Shown in pieces: positions 46,900 to 47,078 of a stretch of 47,078 bases of DNA. Below the pieces are notes generated by a model. That model ran no database searches and had not been told where the DNA came from. It worked only from the letters and a program-made list of their open reading frames with translations. The translations under genes were made by a program, and so were the position numbers. The stretch's first letter is position 1. Every line of letters begins with the position of its first letter. The DNA comes from Clostridia bacterium (lineage in GTDB: Bacteria > Bacillota > Clostridia > Oscillospirales > CAG-272): contig JAFSUT010000107.1 of assembly GCA_017445085.1 (NCBI GenBank), positions 1 to 47,078 on the forward strand, read 5' to 3'.

Positions 46900-46928
46900 A
46901 GTATAGCAATCTTTTTGTCTAATGTCAA
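46900..46928 (-). promoter_or_regulatory. near-consensus sigma-A promoter of the peptide operon
   Basis: The minus strand reads TTGACA (46928..46923), 17 nt ending in TGc, TATACT (46905..46900). Confidence 0.7.
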
Positions 46929-46963
46929 TACATTTTTGAAATTTTATTCTTGATAGATTTCTT

Positions 46964-47078
46964 TTAATTCTTTTTGCCGATGGAGATCAGCCGCAGGATA
47001 ACGGGGGCGAGGACGAGGTTGACCGCAAGTTCGATGATAAAGTTGACGCCGGCAAGTCCGAGGAACATATAGCCGGCA
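46964..47078 (-). CDS. 3' end of a hydrophobic membrane protein gene (partial)
   Basis: The open frame reads ...AGYMFLGLAGVNFIIELAVNLVLAPVILRLISIGKKN with TAA at 46966..46964. The family cannot be assigned from 37 residues. Confidence 0.4.
   Translation of the reverse strand, partial: AGYMFLGLAGVNFIIELAVNLVLAPVILRLISIGKKN

Noticed and set aside
43125-46928. Compositional shift marking the rSAM operon as a recent horizontal acquisition
   Set aside because: A hand count of about 110 nt inside the rSAM gene (45001..45110) and inside glgP (9001..9110) gave about 53% GC in both. No flanking repeats, integrase or tRNA border the operon. A proper sliding-window GC/codon analysis would be needed.
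1-47078. CRISPR arrays, rRNA genes, IS elements or prophage genes
   Set aside because: Reading both strands showed no regularly spaced repeats and no transposase, integrase or phage structural protein motifs. The only notable repeat is the tRNA-Gln 3' duplication.

Overview
This is a gene-dense 47 kb bacterial chromosomal window with Firmicutes/Clostridia hallmarks. These include a glgB-C-D-A-P operon containing GlgD, a long type-2 GalT, SpoIID-like and SpoIVFB-like proteins, a DHHW/MBOAT pair, AGGAGG-type RBSs and TTGACA-17-TATAAT promoters. From left to right the window holds: a secreted GH43-like glycosidase (-); the glycogen operon plus a GH13 enzyme and pncB (+); potABCD (-); a small membrane protein and an M50 protease (-); galM-galT (-); a LarA-like/DUF1893/glycerate kinase operon (-); and tRNA-Gln(CUG) with a duplicated 3' end (+). 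It continues with a SpoIID-like protein, dinB, tadA, a CPBP protease, an orphan MsmX-type ATPase, tex, a pseudouridine synthase, rarA, recG and the DHHW/MBOAT pair (all -), then a few small or secreted proteins and an amidohydrolase. No transposase, integrase, CRISPR array or rRNA is visible. The stand-out region is the right end (43.1-46.9 kb, minus strand). It is a compact operon driven by a near-consensus promoter. The first gene is a 41-aa Cys-containing, very acidic peptide that is absent from the ORF track: MKYVAPEAELVSLEMTALIMTSSCEEDCGDDDPFAGCEYMI. An intrinsic-terminator-like attenuator follows it, then an HPr-kinase-like P-loop protein and two collinear paralogous radical SAM/SPASM enzymes. 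I read this as a RiPP-type peptide maturation system whose gene combination does not match any characterised class I can name. Secondary points of interest are the LarA-type operon (all nickel-pincer cofactor residues conserved, linked to glycerate kinase), the tRNA-Gln 3'-end duplication with a 65-nt structured insert, and a PotD with a C-terminal membrane anchor. All product calls come from motif recognition by eye; no database search was run.
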